64,000 nt of DNA from Ruditapes philippinarum (taxonomy: Eukaryota): assembly GCF_026571515.1 (NCBI RefSeq), contig NW_026853347.1, forward strand, positions 62,001 to 126,000, read 5' to 3'. Below the pieces are notes generated by a model that made no database searches, was not told the DNA's origin, and was given only the letters and a program-made list of their open reading frames with translations. Made by a program: the position numbers and the translations under genes. Below, one piece after another: positions 24,566 through 37,235 of the stretch (its first letter is position 1; every line of letters begins with the position of its first letter).

Positions 24566-24883
24566 TAAAACAATAAAAAGATAAAATAGTACAAAGGAAC
24601 AAAAGGATATAATAAAAAGCTATTTAAGTAAAATGAAAAGAAAATATTTCAGAGCAAACAGTTAATTGTAAAACAATAGAAATGAAATAAAAGTCAAATT
24701 AACAACACATTATTTCACAGGTGATTAAGTCAGTTCACAAATCAGTATAATAGAAATGTTACTTAATTAACTGAAACAAACTGTAATTTAACAATAATCT
24801 GTCTGCAAAAACAAACAAGTTCTCATGTAGTCAAACTTAAAATATCACTTAAGTAAATGTTCACATATAATTCCATAATCATC

Positions 24884-25991
24884 TTATAACATAACTCCAG
24901 TTTTCAAGATGTCAATCAAACGGTGGAAGTCAGCTCCAGTCTTGGTCAAGCAATCTGCAATCTGACTGCTGGTGTGGACCCAGGTCACGGTTATGTCACC
25001 CGTGCAGACACTCTCCTTGATGCTTGCCAAGTCCATACGGAGACATTTCTCAGAAAGAAGTTTTGTTGAGTGAATGTTCTGACATAGGGATTTGTTATCA
25101 GTAAAACATTTAATGGGAATGTCTTTTACTCTGAACATTTCTTGAAGCATACTTCTAACAAAATAACATGCATCAAGTCCCTCTACCAGTGATAGGGCTT
25201 CAGCTGCAAGTGTACTCTTCACAACTCGCTTTATCTTCTTTGCACTCCAAGCTATTGGACATAACTTCCCATTCTTCCCTTTTAAGAAGATAAGATAACC
25301 TCCAGCACTAGAAAATCTATCTGAAAGGTTGGCATAGGAAGCATCTGTGTAGAGTATAAGTTCAAAGTCCTCAATGCTCCCTAAACTTGAAAACACAATC
25401 TTGTACTGATTGCACAAGGCTTTTCTTACCACTTTGTTGATTTTTGTCCGGAGTTTGGGATCACCCAAGTCACAATAGGTTGCTAGATCTAGGACATCAA
25501 ACGAAAGATATGGTCTACTCTGTGTGGCTATCCAGTGAAGCTGACCAACAATTTCTGGATAGATGTTGTTCTTGAAATTATTGGGATGGATATCACGGTC
25601 AACTTGCTTTATTTCTTCTGTGTAATCCTTTTGGCTCAGGTATATCTGTCCATCAGTTTGCTCAATGTCAAGTCCAATATACCGAAAACTGCAGTCTAAC
25701 TCTTTTCCACAATGAAACTTCATCCGTAATGGAAGAATTACATCTTGCTTGAACCTGTCACTACCAGCCCATAGGAAGTCATCTACATGCATCAAGAACA
25801 GTCCATCAGGTTTATCTCCTTGATGCCAGTAGAAGAGAGCTGGGTCTAACTTTGATTCTTCACAATGTAAGAGTTGGAGCTCTTTCTTCACACTGAGAAA
25901 CCAATTTCTCGATGCATCAACAAGCCCATATACACACTTGTTCAGCTTCCACACAACAGAAGTATCTGATTCACATTCTTTTGGAGGTTGA
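24884..25991 (-). CDS. pol: Copia Pol: RT C-terminal half and RNase H
   Basis: QPPKE..VWKLNKCVYGLVDASRNW, MHVDDF, YTDAS, TLAAEA, TDNKS, QIADCLTK. The track's MKQTNKQTN start is translated SINE tail. Confidence 0.92.
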
Positions 25992-26214
25992 TTTGTTTGT
26001 TTGTTTGTTTGTTTCATTTTACGCCTTTTTCCAACAGTATTTCAGTCATATAGGCGGGTAGTTTCCTAACCATCGTTCCTGGAGAGTTACACCAGTACTA
26101 GACTACCTTCCTCCGCGCTAAACTACCAAAGCATCTCCCGGGGATCGAACCCACGCCAGAGAGGTACCTGGATTAGAAGTCATCGACTCTAACCCCTCGA
26201 CCACGGAGGCGGTC
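25992..26214 (-). mobile_element. Full-length tRNA-derived SINE inserted in the Copia RT
   Basis: Minus strand A-box TGGTCGAGGGG, B-box GGTTCGATCCC (26141-26151), (AAAC)n tail; 12-bp TSD tttggaggttga (25980-25991, 26215-26226) duplicates the QPPK codons. Confidence 0.95.
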
Positions 26215-26843
26215 TTTGGAGGTTGAACATAGATAACTCTGTCTATGACCTGACCTTGTAAAAAGGCCGCTTTGATATCAATTGAGTGTATGTCATTGCC
26301 TAGTGTAGCTGCAGCTGCAAGGAACAATCTAAGGCTCTCCTTGTGAACAGTCGGGGAGTCAGACTGCACAGGTGTTTCCTCTTTGACTTCAAATCCACGA
26401 ACCACCAATCTTGCTTTCACTGTGCGTTCTTCTCCTGATTCCTTCTCAGTAATCATCCATCTAGTGAACATTAATTTTTGTCCACAATATGGAACCCTTT
26501 CAAAAACATTGAACTGTTGCCAATTGTCTAGTTCTTTTTTCATGGCACATAGCACTTCATCTTCACTGTGTCTAGCACTTGGAACAAAGACTGAATGCAC
26601 TTCATTAGTATTTTCACTTAAATGCCAGTTTTGAACATCTTTCTTAAAGTCTATACCAGATGGTGAATCCTTGTTTTCTTCCTGTACATTCAAGTATGCC
26701 CAATTCTTCCCAGTTGCTTTTCCGCCACGACTGAGCACTTTGGCTTTTACCCACCTAGAATCACCAGGCAATTGGAATTCTATTTTTGTCACCAACATTT
26801 GGAATACTCTTCTTTTGTCGTATGATGTCATGTCTTTCTTCAA
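26215..26843 (-). CDS. pol: Copia Pol: reverse transcriptase N-terminal half
   Basis: KARLVVRGF, DSPTV, IDIKAAFLQG, YVQPPK; the ORF tail beyond 26215 is read-through into the SINE. Confidence 0.9.
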
Positions 26844-28426
26844 ACTGGCAAATTTGGTTCAACTGGGACAATGTCCTCATTATTTGGTTGTTGACTCTCA
26901 TCTTGATCTACCTGCAAGTCTATGTCCTCATTTCTGGGTTGTTGTCTATCATCTTCTGCCAGCAAATCTTGCGTATTTTCGTCATCAATATTAAGACTGT
27001 TATTATTGCTTCTCATTTTGTTGTTGAGGCTTACCATTTTCATTTGTGATTCTTGATTCATTTCAACTTGACCCTCTAATCCACATCTTATTAAACGACA
27101 AGGATGTACTCTGACATATACACTTCCATGTCGAACGAAGACAACTTTGCCATCCTGACCTATAACTGTTCCTGGCCCCATCCATTTGTTGTCATCATCA
27201 CGCTTGTAGTACACCCGGTCTCCATGCTGATAGCATTCTCCAGATGCCCTGATTTTGTGCCTCAGTGCCCTTCGGATTCTTTCAGAGGATTCAGCTTGAA
27301 TAAATGCACGTCTTCCTGAGTGAAGTGCATTTAAATGTTCGGCAAACTTTCGGCTAATGGTAGTATTCTCAAGTGCTGGTGGCTTATTTGTAAGAACTGA
27401 AGGCAAATTTGGATTAGCACCAAAGACAAGTTGATATGGACTCCAACCATACACCATTGACAGACTATTCTTTGCATTCACAGCCCACAACAAGACAATT
27501 TCCAAGTTCAAGTTAGGTTGATCTTCTAGAATCTTTTCTACACAGTTATCAACAACAGCATGATTTCTTTCACATATTCCATTCTGCCATGGACTGTACG
27601 CAGCTGTGTTTAAGACTTCAATGTTCAGGTTTTCACACATGTCTCGAAAGATTTCATTAGCAAACTCACCACCATTGTCTGCTAGGAATTTCTTTGGTGG
27701 ACCCATACCACTGCCAATCCACAATTTCATGATTTTCTCTGTGATAACCTCTGGTGTCTTCCTCCTTATAACAGCTGCAAGACTGAATCTTGTTGCTACA
27801 TCAATGAGATGCAGAAAATATACATACGGCTTCCATTCTTTCAAGTAAACTGCAACTACTTCATTAAATTCTTTTGCTAGTGGAAGGGAGACAACTGGTC
27901 GTGCTGGAGTCTTCTTGTACTGTTTACACAACTCACAATTCTCACTCACTTTATCAACATATGCCATATGCTCATCTGTATACACCCCAGCATCCTGCAA
28001 AAGGGATTTCAAACGCTTCGCTGAAGGATGCGCAAACTGTTTGTGTAACTTGCGTATAACATCACTCAACTCTGTTTCCTTTGAAACTACCAAGGCTAAC
28101 TTTGTCTCTTCAACACTCACATTAATCTGATTTATAGGCACACAGTAGTGACCAGAAGACGTACTCTGAAGCTGTACATCGTTTCCAAATATGGAAGCAC
28201 AGTCATTTTCAAGGTCAAGTTTTAATTTGGCTTTCTTCATAGAGTCTTTACTGAGTAGCAGAGGAATATCACTACTTGCAACATCAGTTCTGTATTTCAC
28301 ATTCTGTACCAGCAATGACACAGGGAAACTTGACAATTTTCTTAGATTGAAGAACTGTCCACCACCAAATTTAAACTTTTTTTCACTCGGCATTTCAAGT
28401 AACTTTTTCACGGACAGAAGGATCAA
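26840..28426 (-). CDS. pol: Copia Pol: protease C-terminus and integrase
   Basis: DIPLLLS; HHCC (LHKQFAH..CELC); core VAV[Y]LK / ADNGGEF / NGICERNH. The first catalytic Asp reads Tyr (codon 27845-27847). Confidence 0.9.
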   Translation of the reverse strand: MILLSVKKLLEMPSEKKFKFGGGQFFNLRKLSSFPVSLLVQNVKYRTDVASSDIPLLLSKDSMKKAKLKLDLENDCASIFGNDVQLQSTSSGHYCVPINQINVSVEETKLALVVSKETELSDVIRKLHKQFAHPSAKRLKSLLQDAGVYTDEHMAYVDKVSENCELCKQYKKTPARPVVSLPLAKEFNEVVAVYLKEWKPYVYFLHLIDVATRFSLAAVIRRKTPEVITEKIMKLWIGSGMGPPKKFLADNGGEFANEIFRDMCENLNIEVLNTAAYSPWQNGICERNHAVVDNCVEKILEDQPNLNLEIVLLWAVNAKNSLSMVYGWSPYQLVFGANPNLPSVLTNKPPALENTTISRKFAEHLNALHSGRRAFIQAESSERIRRALRHKIRASGECYQHGDRVYYKRDDDNKWMGPGTVIGQDGKVVFVRHGSVYVRVHPCRLIRCGLEGQVEMNQESQMKMVSLNNKMRSNNNSLNIDDENTQDLLAEDDRQQPRNEDIDLQVDQDESQQPNNEDIVPVEPNLPV

Positions 28427-28592
28427 GTGAGTCTAGGTAACAGTTCATCCGAGCTTCACCAGCAACAGTTGCTGTTACAAGCACTATCCAGAACAGCTGA
28501 GTTTGACGCTTCAGCAAGAAGAATAAGTGCCTCTTGTTGCCTGTTCCCAGTGAACAACACTGCATTTTTCAACACTACTCTTTGACAAGTTT
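28427..28592 (-). pseudogene. pol: Copia aspartic protease region (frameshifted)
   Basis: Minus strand reads ..AVLFTG..AEASNSAVLDSAC / ATVAGE..; DSA active-site motif near 28481-28495. Confidence 0.8.
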
Positions 28593-29477
28593 TCATAAGA
28601 ATGATGGGCATTGTTTTACCAAATGCCTAATGGAGTCGCAGCATAGGCATCGAAGTGGCTGACCATCTGGTACATTTGGATTTACAGGCTTGCTTGTGTT
28701 GTTAGATCCTCTTACTTTGTCTCCATAGCTGTTTCTGCCCCATGTGTCATCTGATCTGTAGTTTGTGAATCCCCTGCCACTAGAATAACCAGGTCCACGA
28801 ATATTGCCACGATTTCTGTATCCAAAGTTTTTCCCACCTCGATTCCTGGTGTAGTTTGCCTCTTCTGTAGAGATACATGCAGACTCCACTTTGATTCCTG
28901 AGACACTGTCAATTTCATGGCCTGACGCAGCTTGATTCCCAAAAAACTTTTTGAGAGAAGTTGACATCTGTTTGAATAAGTCATCAACACTAGCATAGTT
29001 TACACCTGTCAACACAAGTTGTCTGTCCTTCATTTCTAGCTCAGAACACTCAAGAAGTTTGAACGCTAACACAGGCTGAGGCAGTTCCATGTGAAATTTC
29101 TTAGTCTTATTGTAAAGTTTCTCAAATTCAGTCACATAATCTTCCATTGATGACACTTTACTTCGTCGAAAACGATCAAATTCAGTGTACGCTTCATATG
29201 CCTCACTTAGTTCATCTTTTTTGAAGATTTTGTCCATGAATGCAATGAGTTTGCCTACACCATCATCTTTATTCAATACATCAACTGTCAGTTCACTAAA
29301 CAATTTGTCCCTGATAGAGTTTTGCCCTTCTTCGGGCAATGATAACGCTATAGCTATTCCCCTCTTTTTAGCTTCAAGGTCAGTCAGCACTATCCATGCT
29401 TTCACTTCATCAACCCATCGACTGTAAGGTTTATTCGCTGTGAACACTGGTGGAACGTTGTAACTAACAGACGCCAT
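28593..29477 (-). CDS. gag: Copia Gag with CCHC zinc knuckle
   Basis: 294-aa ORF ending in CLCCDSIRHLVKQC (C-x2-C-x4-H-x4-C); terminated by a frameshift just after the knuckle. Confidence 0.9.
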   Translation of the reverse strand: MASVSYNVPPVFTANKPYSRWVDEVKAWIVLTDLEAKKRGIAIALSLPEEGQNSIRDKLFSELTVDVLNKDDGVGKLIAFMDKIFKKDELSEAYEAYTEFDRFRRSKVSSMEDYVTEFEKLYNKTKKFHMELPQPVLAFKLLECSELEMKDRQLVLTGVNYASVDDLFKQMSTSLKKFFGNQAASGHEIDSVSGIKVESACISTEEANYTRNRGGKNFGYRNRGNIRGPGYSSGRGFTNYRSDDTWGRNSYGDKVRGSNNTSKPVNPNVPDGQPLRCLCCDSIRHLVKQCPSFL

Positions 29478-29658
29478 TTTTTTTCTTTTTCTTTTTTGAC
29501 ACTGATTTCAATACACTTAAATACACTAGTCACTACGCTAATAATAATTAGTTACCGCACACTTCAACACACACTACACTTGCCATAAGATAAATCACTG
29601 TCACATTAGTCACTGGGTGGATAAATACAGGATCTTCATAGACGCTGTTTCAAGTGCA

Positions 29659-29671
29659 CGCTCTGCTTCCA
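29659..29671 (-). promoter_or_regulatory. Primer-binding site (tRNA-Met type, one mismatch)
   Basis: Minus strand TGGAAGCAGAGCG directly after the 5' LTR, versus canonical TGGTAGCAGAGC. Confidence 0.85.
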
Positions 29672-29786
29672 TGTAAAACTAAATAACACTTAGAGTTCAC
29701 TACACTTTATTGAAGACTCCAGCACCTATGGAATATATATAACACAACATTAAACAAAGGTTACAACAGTGATACAATACTTAACA
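29672..29786 (-). repeat. 5' LTR (115 bp)
   Basis: Direct repeat of 24435-24549; the minus strand contains TATATATA and AATAAA. Confidence 0.97.
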
Positions 29787-29842
29787 CACCTGAGTTCAAC
29801 GCTGTCCTTCCGTAAGCTAACTAAATAGCATTCTCGCGTGAA
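29787..29842 (-). mobile_element. SINE family A, upstream part (split by the Copia insertion)
   Basis: Minus strand ttcacgcgagaatgctatttagttagcttacggaagg..gaactcaggtg matches the family A body. Confidence 0.75.
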
Positions 29843-32060
29843 TAGATTATCACAAATTTTTTTAATATTTCTGTTTCCTTGATCAGAAATTTTATTAAAA
29901 TTTTCCTATAAAAAGTCTGTACACCTGCCCCTACACTCTAATCCTTATGTAGGTATTTTAAATAATTTTCATTTTCAATTACCTTGTAGGTTTCTATGAG
30001 TTCTTATTTGATGTTTGATGTCCTGCTGGGCTCCTTGATGGTATTGTGTTTTGGATGAGTTCATTGAATACCGCCCTTCCTTGATGTTTATTTTCTAAGC
30101 TGAAACTTATGATCAAGTGTTATACATTTTAGCCCGATTCTTATTCCATATACACTGAGTACAATTTCAAAATTGTACAAATTGCTAATTACTAGCTCTT
30201 TCATTTTGTATTATGAAATTAAAGATATCCTGAAATGATATGTTTTCTTTAAGACTCCAGACGAAACTTGTAATGTTAGAATTTTTTCCTTAAACTTAAA
30301 TTAAAATGTGGTACAAAATACCGTGTTGTATTACAGGCCAGAAATTTTATTTTAGAAAAAAGTATTTCTTGAAATGGAATGTAAAATATATCACGTACAT
30401 GTACAGAAGCTATATAAAGGTAGCTTACGGTTGGTCGGTTGCTCTGTAAGAGTGTTTGCTAGGACCTGAACTAGACAGGTACCAGACAGCTTCGTCCTTT
30501 ATTAAAGCTGAAACGTCGCTTTATCATTTTACAATAGTCAACTTGACAAAACCAAACCAAAAAGCAATATATTATGTTTAAGAAAACAAACAGATGCGTT
30601 GTGACAGCACTGTACTTTATTTTGTTTAAAGTACTTGTACCTAACTGAAACTGAAAGCTTCTTACTTATTTAAATAAATGCGGAAAATATCAGATAATTT
30701 AACTTCTAGACGACTTTGACTATAAATGAAATATAGGATAGTGATTGGTTAAAAATTTTATAATATATAAAAAAATTGTTCCGGGCTAAAAGATATTTTT
30801 CCTTATTTATGAATTGCATTTTCTTTATTTACAGACGAGTAAATATTTTACGGGAGAAAGTAATGCACAACTTTTTGTCTATTTTCGTCTTTCAAATTAG
30901 CTGTCTAACAGTAATATTGTAATAGAATGAATGAATTTGCAAAGTAAAACCGACTGATTACACTTATTACCTAAATGCAATATTACTTTTCCTTAATTAA
31001 CGACATTTAAAACGTGTTTTAAATGAAATTTACCAAAAATACTTTTTCGTCATCATATTCGATGAAAGTTTTCATTATTTAAATCAAATATTATTGGAAA
31101 ATAGAGTTAACATGCGTTGTGTAGCAATTTAGACTCACTTTCATTTTCGAAATTCAAAACAAATCCAAATCAAATCAACGCCGTGCTTCACATATATGTA
31201 GCCTCTTTTTTCATTTTTAGAGTGCAGTATATGTCTATAAAAATTGCATTATCGTATCTTGTCTCGTTTTCATTTTTATTGTCTGAACAAAAAATATATC
31301 AAACCTTATTGTATTTGAATTACCAAAGTTCTGTCAGGAGGAAACCAATTGGTGAATGTGAATGTCCGATAGAATTCAGTATTTTACTCAACAATGTCTT
31401 TGACCGCAACATATTTTTCATAGCATATGTTATACTTTTATAAGCAAATATGAATAAGAAAAAGTGTTGTTTTTTTTATTTTTTCCTATCAATCAATAGT
31501 TTCAAATATTAAGATATTTTATAGTTCTGAATAATATCAAAGTTTGCATCCTAATTTCCGTATGATCACAGTTTTTTTACAGCAGTGGAAGCAAACATAC
31601 CAAATCATAGAATATACTGTGTTTTACGATATAAGTTGTGTTATCTTGTATATCAACTATAATTAAGTAAGTAGTGTTTTATCTGACTAAGATTGGCCTT
31701 GGGTTTATCATGACAATTAAGCAGTTGTTTCAAGAAAATCATTCACATCTACTAATTAATTTCTTTACATCAAAGCGGTTTTGTTTTTGACGTAGTATCT
31801 CTATAGCTTGATTCATATCACAGAACATAGACACGTCTCACAAGAAAGGACACAAGTTGAAACAAATGAAGTAAATGCCGGATAAAACACTTTCGCACGA
31901 ATTTCAAAAAATCAAAATCAAGTAAAGTGATTCACTTACGATAAAAGTACACGTGGCAGAATATTATAATTATTTAGGGATGACAAGTAATGAAACTTTG
32001 GAGAAAAACACACACACAAACCTGGACAGAATCTTCCATCACTATCTGTATAATATTTTA
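29842..32060. repeat. Dispersed segmental duplication, copy 1 (paralog 54521-56490)
   Basis: Shared blocks include ttttgtattatgaaattaaagatatcctga, ttccttaaacttaaattaaaatg, attaaagctgaaacgtc, taaaaccgactgattacac, cgataaaagt.ca.gtg.cagaat, aatcttccatcact. Confidence 0.85.
30415..30565 (+). mobile_element. Degenerate SINE family A (paralog 55238-55370)
   Basis: tagcttacggttggtcggttgctct..taaagctgaaacgtcgc..aaaccaaacc. Confidence 0.55.
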
Positions 32061-32154
32061 CATATCTTATTGTTTAATTCAGGCTCCCAATTATTTGTTT
32101 GAATTGTTGATTACCAGATTTCAGACATATTTAAACTATAACTCAGAAAAACTG

Positions 32155-32380
32155 TTTTAATAGTTGCAAGGCAAAATAACTGGCAATGAACTTCTTTATC
32201 AATCAATATCTACCTTAACATGCTTTGATATTCAAATTGCTACATTATTACTTCATTTGATACTTTTCGCATGCTCAGATGAATTGCTTTTTAACAATTG
32301 CAAGGCATAAATGTTCTTTACATAATAAACTTCCTTATTCATCTATACCAAGCTTAACATGCTTTGACATATTAAAATCA
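32155..32380. repeat. Local tandem duplication, ~130-bp unit x2
   Basis: ttttaa...ttgcaaggca...aacttc.ttat...cttaacatgctttga occurs twice. Confidence 0.75.
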
Positions 32381-32387
32381 TATATTC

Positions 32388-32710
32388 ACTGTATTTCTTT
32401 GACAAAATGTAGAACTGGTCTCCTTTGTTTTGTTAGGGCAGGAAAGATGACTAGGAAAGATAGTTGACAGCACCAAAAAAGTTGCATAAGCTGCAGAACG
32501 GAATAAATGATAAACGGGTAAAAGGAAACTGGGTATATTCATTAATACATTTTACAACATAAATACGAAAATCAACGATACGTTATGTAAGCTAGAAATT
32601 TGTATTCAAAATTATTTAACTGTATTTCTATGAAGAAATATAGAAAGTATCTGCTTTGTTTTGTAAGGACAGGGAAAATGATTGTGGAGATAGTAGACAG
32701 CACCGTAAAA
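32388..32710. repeat. Local direct repeat, ~90 bp x2
   Basis: actgtatttct..tagaa..ctttgttttgt.agg.cagg.aa.atga..agatagt.gacagcacc at ~32388-32480 and ~32619-32710. Confidence 0.75.
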
Positions 32711-35700
32711 GAAACATCTCACCCTAGAATCAGCTTAAGTAGTATTTATTCTAAGAGAAATCAATGATAAACAATTTCATAGCTTAAAATCTAAATAAAT
32801 AGGTTCTAGAAAAATGAGTGAATTATAACAGAGTCAATGTGATTTAAAGGTAAATCTTAGATGACAAGGTAAGTTTTCTAAAGTAACCGGCAAGTGTGTT
32901 TTATATAAAACTGAGTTAAACAGTTCTGAAAATGAATTTATTAGATAGTCTGTACAAGATTATACTATTAGAGAGAGAATTGTTTGACAGTGAAATAACC
33001 ATTGCAATCTATACAAAATGTAGCATCATATCCTGTTTGTAAATGTAAATGTGTAACTCATATGTATACTACAGAATTGCTTTTTCTAAAACAATTGGTT
33101 TGAAATAAACATTTACCTATCCCTTGAAGATAGGGCCTTACATTCAGATATTAATTAATATCCCTTGAGCCAATACAAGAAATCATTTCATAAAGAAAGA
33201 AATCAAAAGAGATCATTTCCTCAGAGAGGTTCCACAATCAGTGTAACCGATAAAAAGTAGTATTGACTAAGGATATCCTTGCATAAAATGTATTAGTTTT
33301 AATTTTGCTAGATTCTACATTATTATATTTTTTACAGTTTGATCAATCAAATTTAAAAATTTACTTCTCATTATACATGTATGTAACTATAAAAATCTGG
33401 AAACAAAGTGATCCCTCGGAAGCATTAATCACAACAAAATTACAAGAGAATTGCAGACTCGGTTTGATTGAGTCTGTACATGTATAAAGATACACAATAG
33501 TTTTTATTTTCTAGCTTTTCTGTGTATTCGTCTTATTTTTATTTTTTCGATTTTTTTTTCATTTTGTTCATTCATATCAATTTATTAACTTTCATTTCAA
33601 AGAAAAAAAAAGACAATTTAGTACTGAAAGTACAAGGAAAGCTTTAAAAAAATGCGAACACGAACGAAAGTGTACACGTAAGTAAAATCAATTACATTTC
33701 AAGTGCTGAAATCTGAGACATATATGATAAATGTTAAACGTAGTAACAATATATTCAATACTTAGTTTTTGCAGCCTTTAAACAGTTTTGAAAAGTCAGG
33801 CACTAATATTTATATACAGATATCAAGAATGTGCATAGTAGCCATACCTCAACTCTTGCTGGGAACGAACGACACTTGACTGATACCACAGACACACAAT
33901 TAACAGAGGTCTGCCAATATTCGCTGTCCATTCTTTGTTATCTAATCTTACAGTTTTTTTCCATTATATTGTAAATGAAAATTTTGTGACATTGGTAGGT
34001 CTTAGACTGATTATCAAGGTCTTATATGAGATGTTGTGACAAATGTCTCGTTTTTTAACACTGTCTTCATATTGTCCTATTATTAAAGCTGCAAAATCAG
34101 CGTCTGTTATCTCTGACTACACGCTATATATGATAGTGTTTTGGTTACTATTACCTGTCCAATGTTATGCAATTAATGCTCCAGATAAAAACAAATACTA
34201 TTTTACATTTTGTTGTGATTTCGGTAAAGAAGAAACTTGATTTAGTAAATGCTTTCAAAACCATCCAACGAACATGTGTAGACACTTATTCTATAATTAT
34301 ATAAACTTTAAAAAATATCACATTGCAAATTAAATCAAAAGAAACTGGATTTTGATGTTGTTAAAATATGCTGGAAAACACGTAAACATTATAGATCATA
34401 TTTTTCTTACAATTTGGTCAACTTATAAATTATTTAAATACTAAGGTTATGCCATTCATAATAATTAGTATGAAGCGTATACAACAAAACATGTTGTTTA
34501 TATACCACTGATATATCATTATGTGTCGCTAAAATGTTAAAGTTACAACAAATATAACCTTTCCAGTCTCCTACATTAAGCAATATAAACCTGAAACCTA
34601 TTAGTATATGAATATTTAACCTGAATGTGACTTTATTTATTTTTCAAAAAAGGAAAACGCAATTACTGTTTCAGTACTTTTCAGTACATATCCTTCGGGA
34701 TTGTGTACAGAACAAAAGTTTATGTTCCTGGTAGACATCATTATTGACAACTAATGCAACTAATGCCCAAAAAGTATTAGTTTCTTATACGACAGAGTTG
34801 ACGGCAATTTGCAATTATTTTTTCCTTTTGTAAAGATGCCATTCCCAGACAAACAATGAATGCAATACCGGTGCAATTTCTTTAATAGTTAACAAACCCT
34901 CTTGAGAATTGTTTTAACAGAAAAGAAATTAAAGCAAAGAAGCAAACCAGCAAACCTCGAGTTTATGCATATTGTCATGAAAACTTTGAAATTGTATTTA
35001 AGCCTTCATAAAAAATAGTGTGGATAGAACAAAGGAAGTATTTTTTTAAAATTAAAACGCTCTAACAATCCATGTAAATTACCATAACAGAGGTCAGAAT
35101 ATGCAGATTGCCCTTGCAGCGTTCATTAGGCAGTATAAGTATAGCGTAAAATACTGCAAAATTAGTCATTTATAGCACATTAAATGCGAATAATTACATT
35201 GAAATTGAAGCCTTTAACTTTTCTTAAAGTCTTAATACATCTTTTTAAAGTTTGATTTTCTTGAAATATTTTGGTTTATCTAACCGTTACAAAATTTAAT
35301 GATCAAGAGGTATAGTAAAACCCGACAAGCACCCGCACAATTAACAGCAATGTATGCTCTATATATCCTTGATTAGATCAAAATTTAGATTTCAATTTAT
35401 CTATTTTCCTTGTAATATATTTTTTATATGAAATGTTTCTTTCTTATTTTACAATTGCAAAATTACATAACCTGATTATCGAGTTACATTTTCTCTAATA
35501 ACAAATGCAGTCCAGCAATATTAACCATAAAATAATTGTTTATAAATATGATATTGTTTTGTTGTGGAAGAATCCGAAATTTGACGATCATAGAATTCTG
35601 TTTCAATATTGCGATTTTATTGGCAAAATATGTTAATTACCAAGGTCAGTTTCTATTTGTCCACAACTTGAATAAGAAATAAAAACGAAATCTTTATTTA

Positions 35701-36378
35701 ATAAACTGATAAACTTTGAAGCATAGACAAAACTTATGTTGCTTTATCAATTCAATGCTCAAAAACTTGGAAGAAGACAACCAATTTGACAACTATACTG
35801 TATTAATAATGTCCTGAAGGAATAAAATTGGTCAAAAACAGACACCTTACTAGACTATCATAGACAACATATTTGCTAAAACAACATTATCTTCTCCAAT
35901 TAGCAGAACCTGATAACCACAGTTGCTAATCTGAGATTACGTTTTTAATAATCTTTTGTTTAGAGCAATGCCTTAGGCGTAGTTTTATGAATAAGTATAT
36001 TTTCATAATAAATCACGAATTGTATTAATCGTGATATTTTTGTATTTTCCTAACAACTGAAACAGATCATTTTTGTTTAGTTTAACGATTTATCTTAACA
36101 TTTAAAATATGCTTACTCAGTTATTTTCATCCGACAAATACTGATATTGCACAAAAAGATAAGTATTAAATATATCAAATGCTCATATAATGCACAGTCC
36201 AATATGTAAGTATAAGTGTTACCTTTAACTTATATATATATAAGTCAATATAAAGAAACACATGATAGATCGAAGTCTATAAACTTAAGTCTAGACTAAC
36301 GTTAACAGACTAAAAACGAGTCTGTCAAAATATTCGTTTTCTTCTCACATTTCCTTTAATCACGAATGATTTGCTTTA

Positions 36379-36870
36379 TACGGACGCCCTGGAGGGACAT
36401 TTATTATTAAAAAGTATTACTTATTACCTATTATTTATAACTTATTACTAAATATTTACATATTATTACTATATTTAGTTTTGAAACGCGCCATGTTTGG
36501 CAGGAAATTCTGTTTACATCAAGCGGTTAGCGAACAAATTGAAGGAGAACATCATTTATTACGGAAGCCCTGGAGAGACATTTATTTTTTAAAAATTATT
36601 ACTTATTACCTATTATTTATAACTTATTAATTATTATTTACAGATTATTACTTATATTTAGTATTGAAACGCTATAATTACTTATTACCTATTATTTATA
36701 ACTTATTACTTATTATTTACAGATTATTACTATATATTAAGTTTTGAAACGCGCCTTTTTGGCAGGAAAAACTCTGTTTATATCATGACAATTAGCGAAA
36801 AAGATGAAGGAGAACATCATTTATAAATGGTCATATATTACAGGAGCCCTGGAAGAAAAATTATTATTTT
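36379..36870. repeat. Tandem repeat, ~181-bp unit, ~2.3 copies with internal sub-duplication
   Basis: Units start at 36379, 36560, 36839 (tac.g..gccctgga); ttacttattacctattatttataacttatta occurs three times; tgaaggagaacatcattta twice. Confidence 0.85.
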
Positions 36871-37235
36871 AGAGTAAAGCTAACAACAAAACTGGTCGTG
36901 AATATATTCTAAATGACTTTAGAACATATCGCCCAAATGATTAAGAACAAAAGCACACACACACATAAACATAAATTGTTTTTCATGTACATACTGCCCT
37001 TGGTTTCTTTTCATGATGACTTATTCAATTTGCTAAGTAATTGCTGTTTATTGAAAACGATCAATTGAGAAAAAAGAATCTCTGATGATTAAACACGTTA
37101 GTTTAGCTATGGATATAAATTCCATAAAGAACGTTTCCTTCAGTGCCTGTAAAGGGATTGTAATTCACCTTATGCAAGTTCTTGTCGTCATATCATAAAA
37201 TATCTGAAAGAGACAATGAACGGGTGATTAAATGA

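Larger units (their letters stand above)
24435..29786 (-). mobile_element. Full-length Ty1/Copia LTR retrotransposon, GalEa-like, disabled
   Basis: Two 115-bp TG..CA LTRs differing at 2 sites; 5-bp TSD cacct (24430-24434, 29787-29791); domain order gag-PR-IN-RT-RH; Met-type PBS; PPT; HVDD RT motif and short LTRs fit the GalEa clade. Confidence 0.95.

Noticed and set aside
26383-29427. Plus-strand ORFs within the Copia (and 3540..3887 within the LINE)
   Set aside because: Antisense shadows of the real TE reading frames; no motifs.
24435-29786. Steamer-like (Gypsy) element or endogenous retrovirus
   Set aside because: Integrase lies before RT (Copia order) and there is no env ORF.
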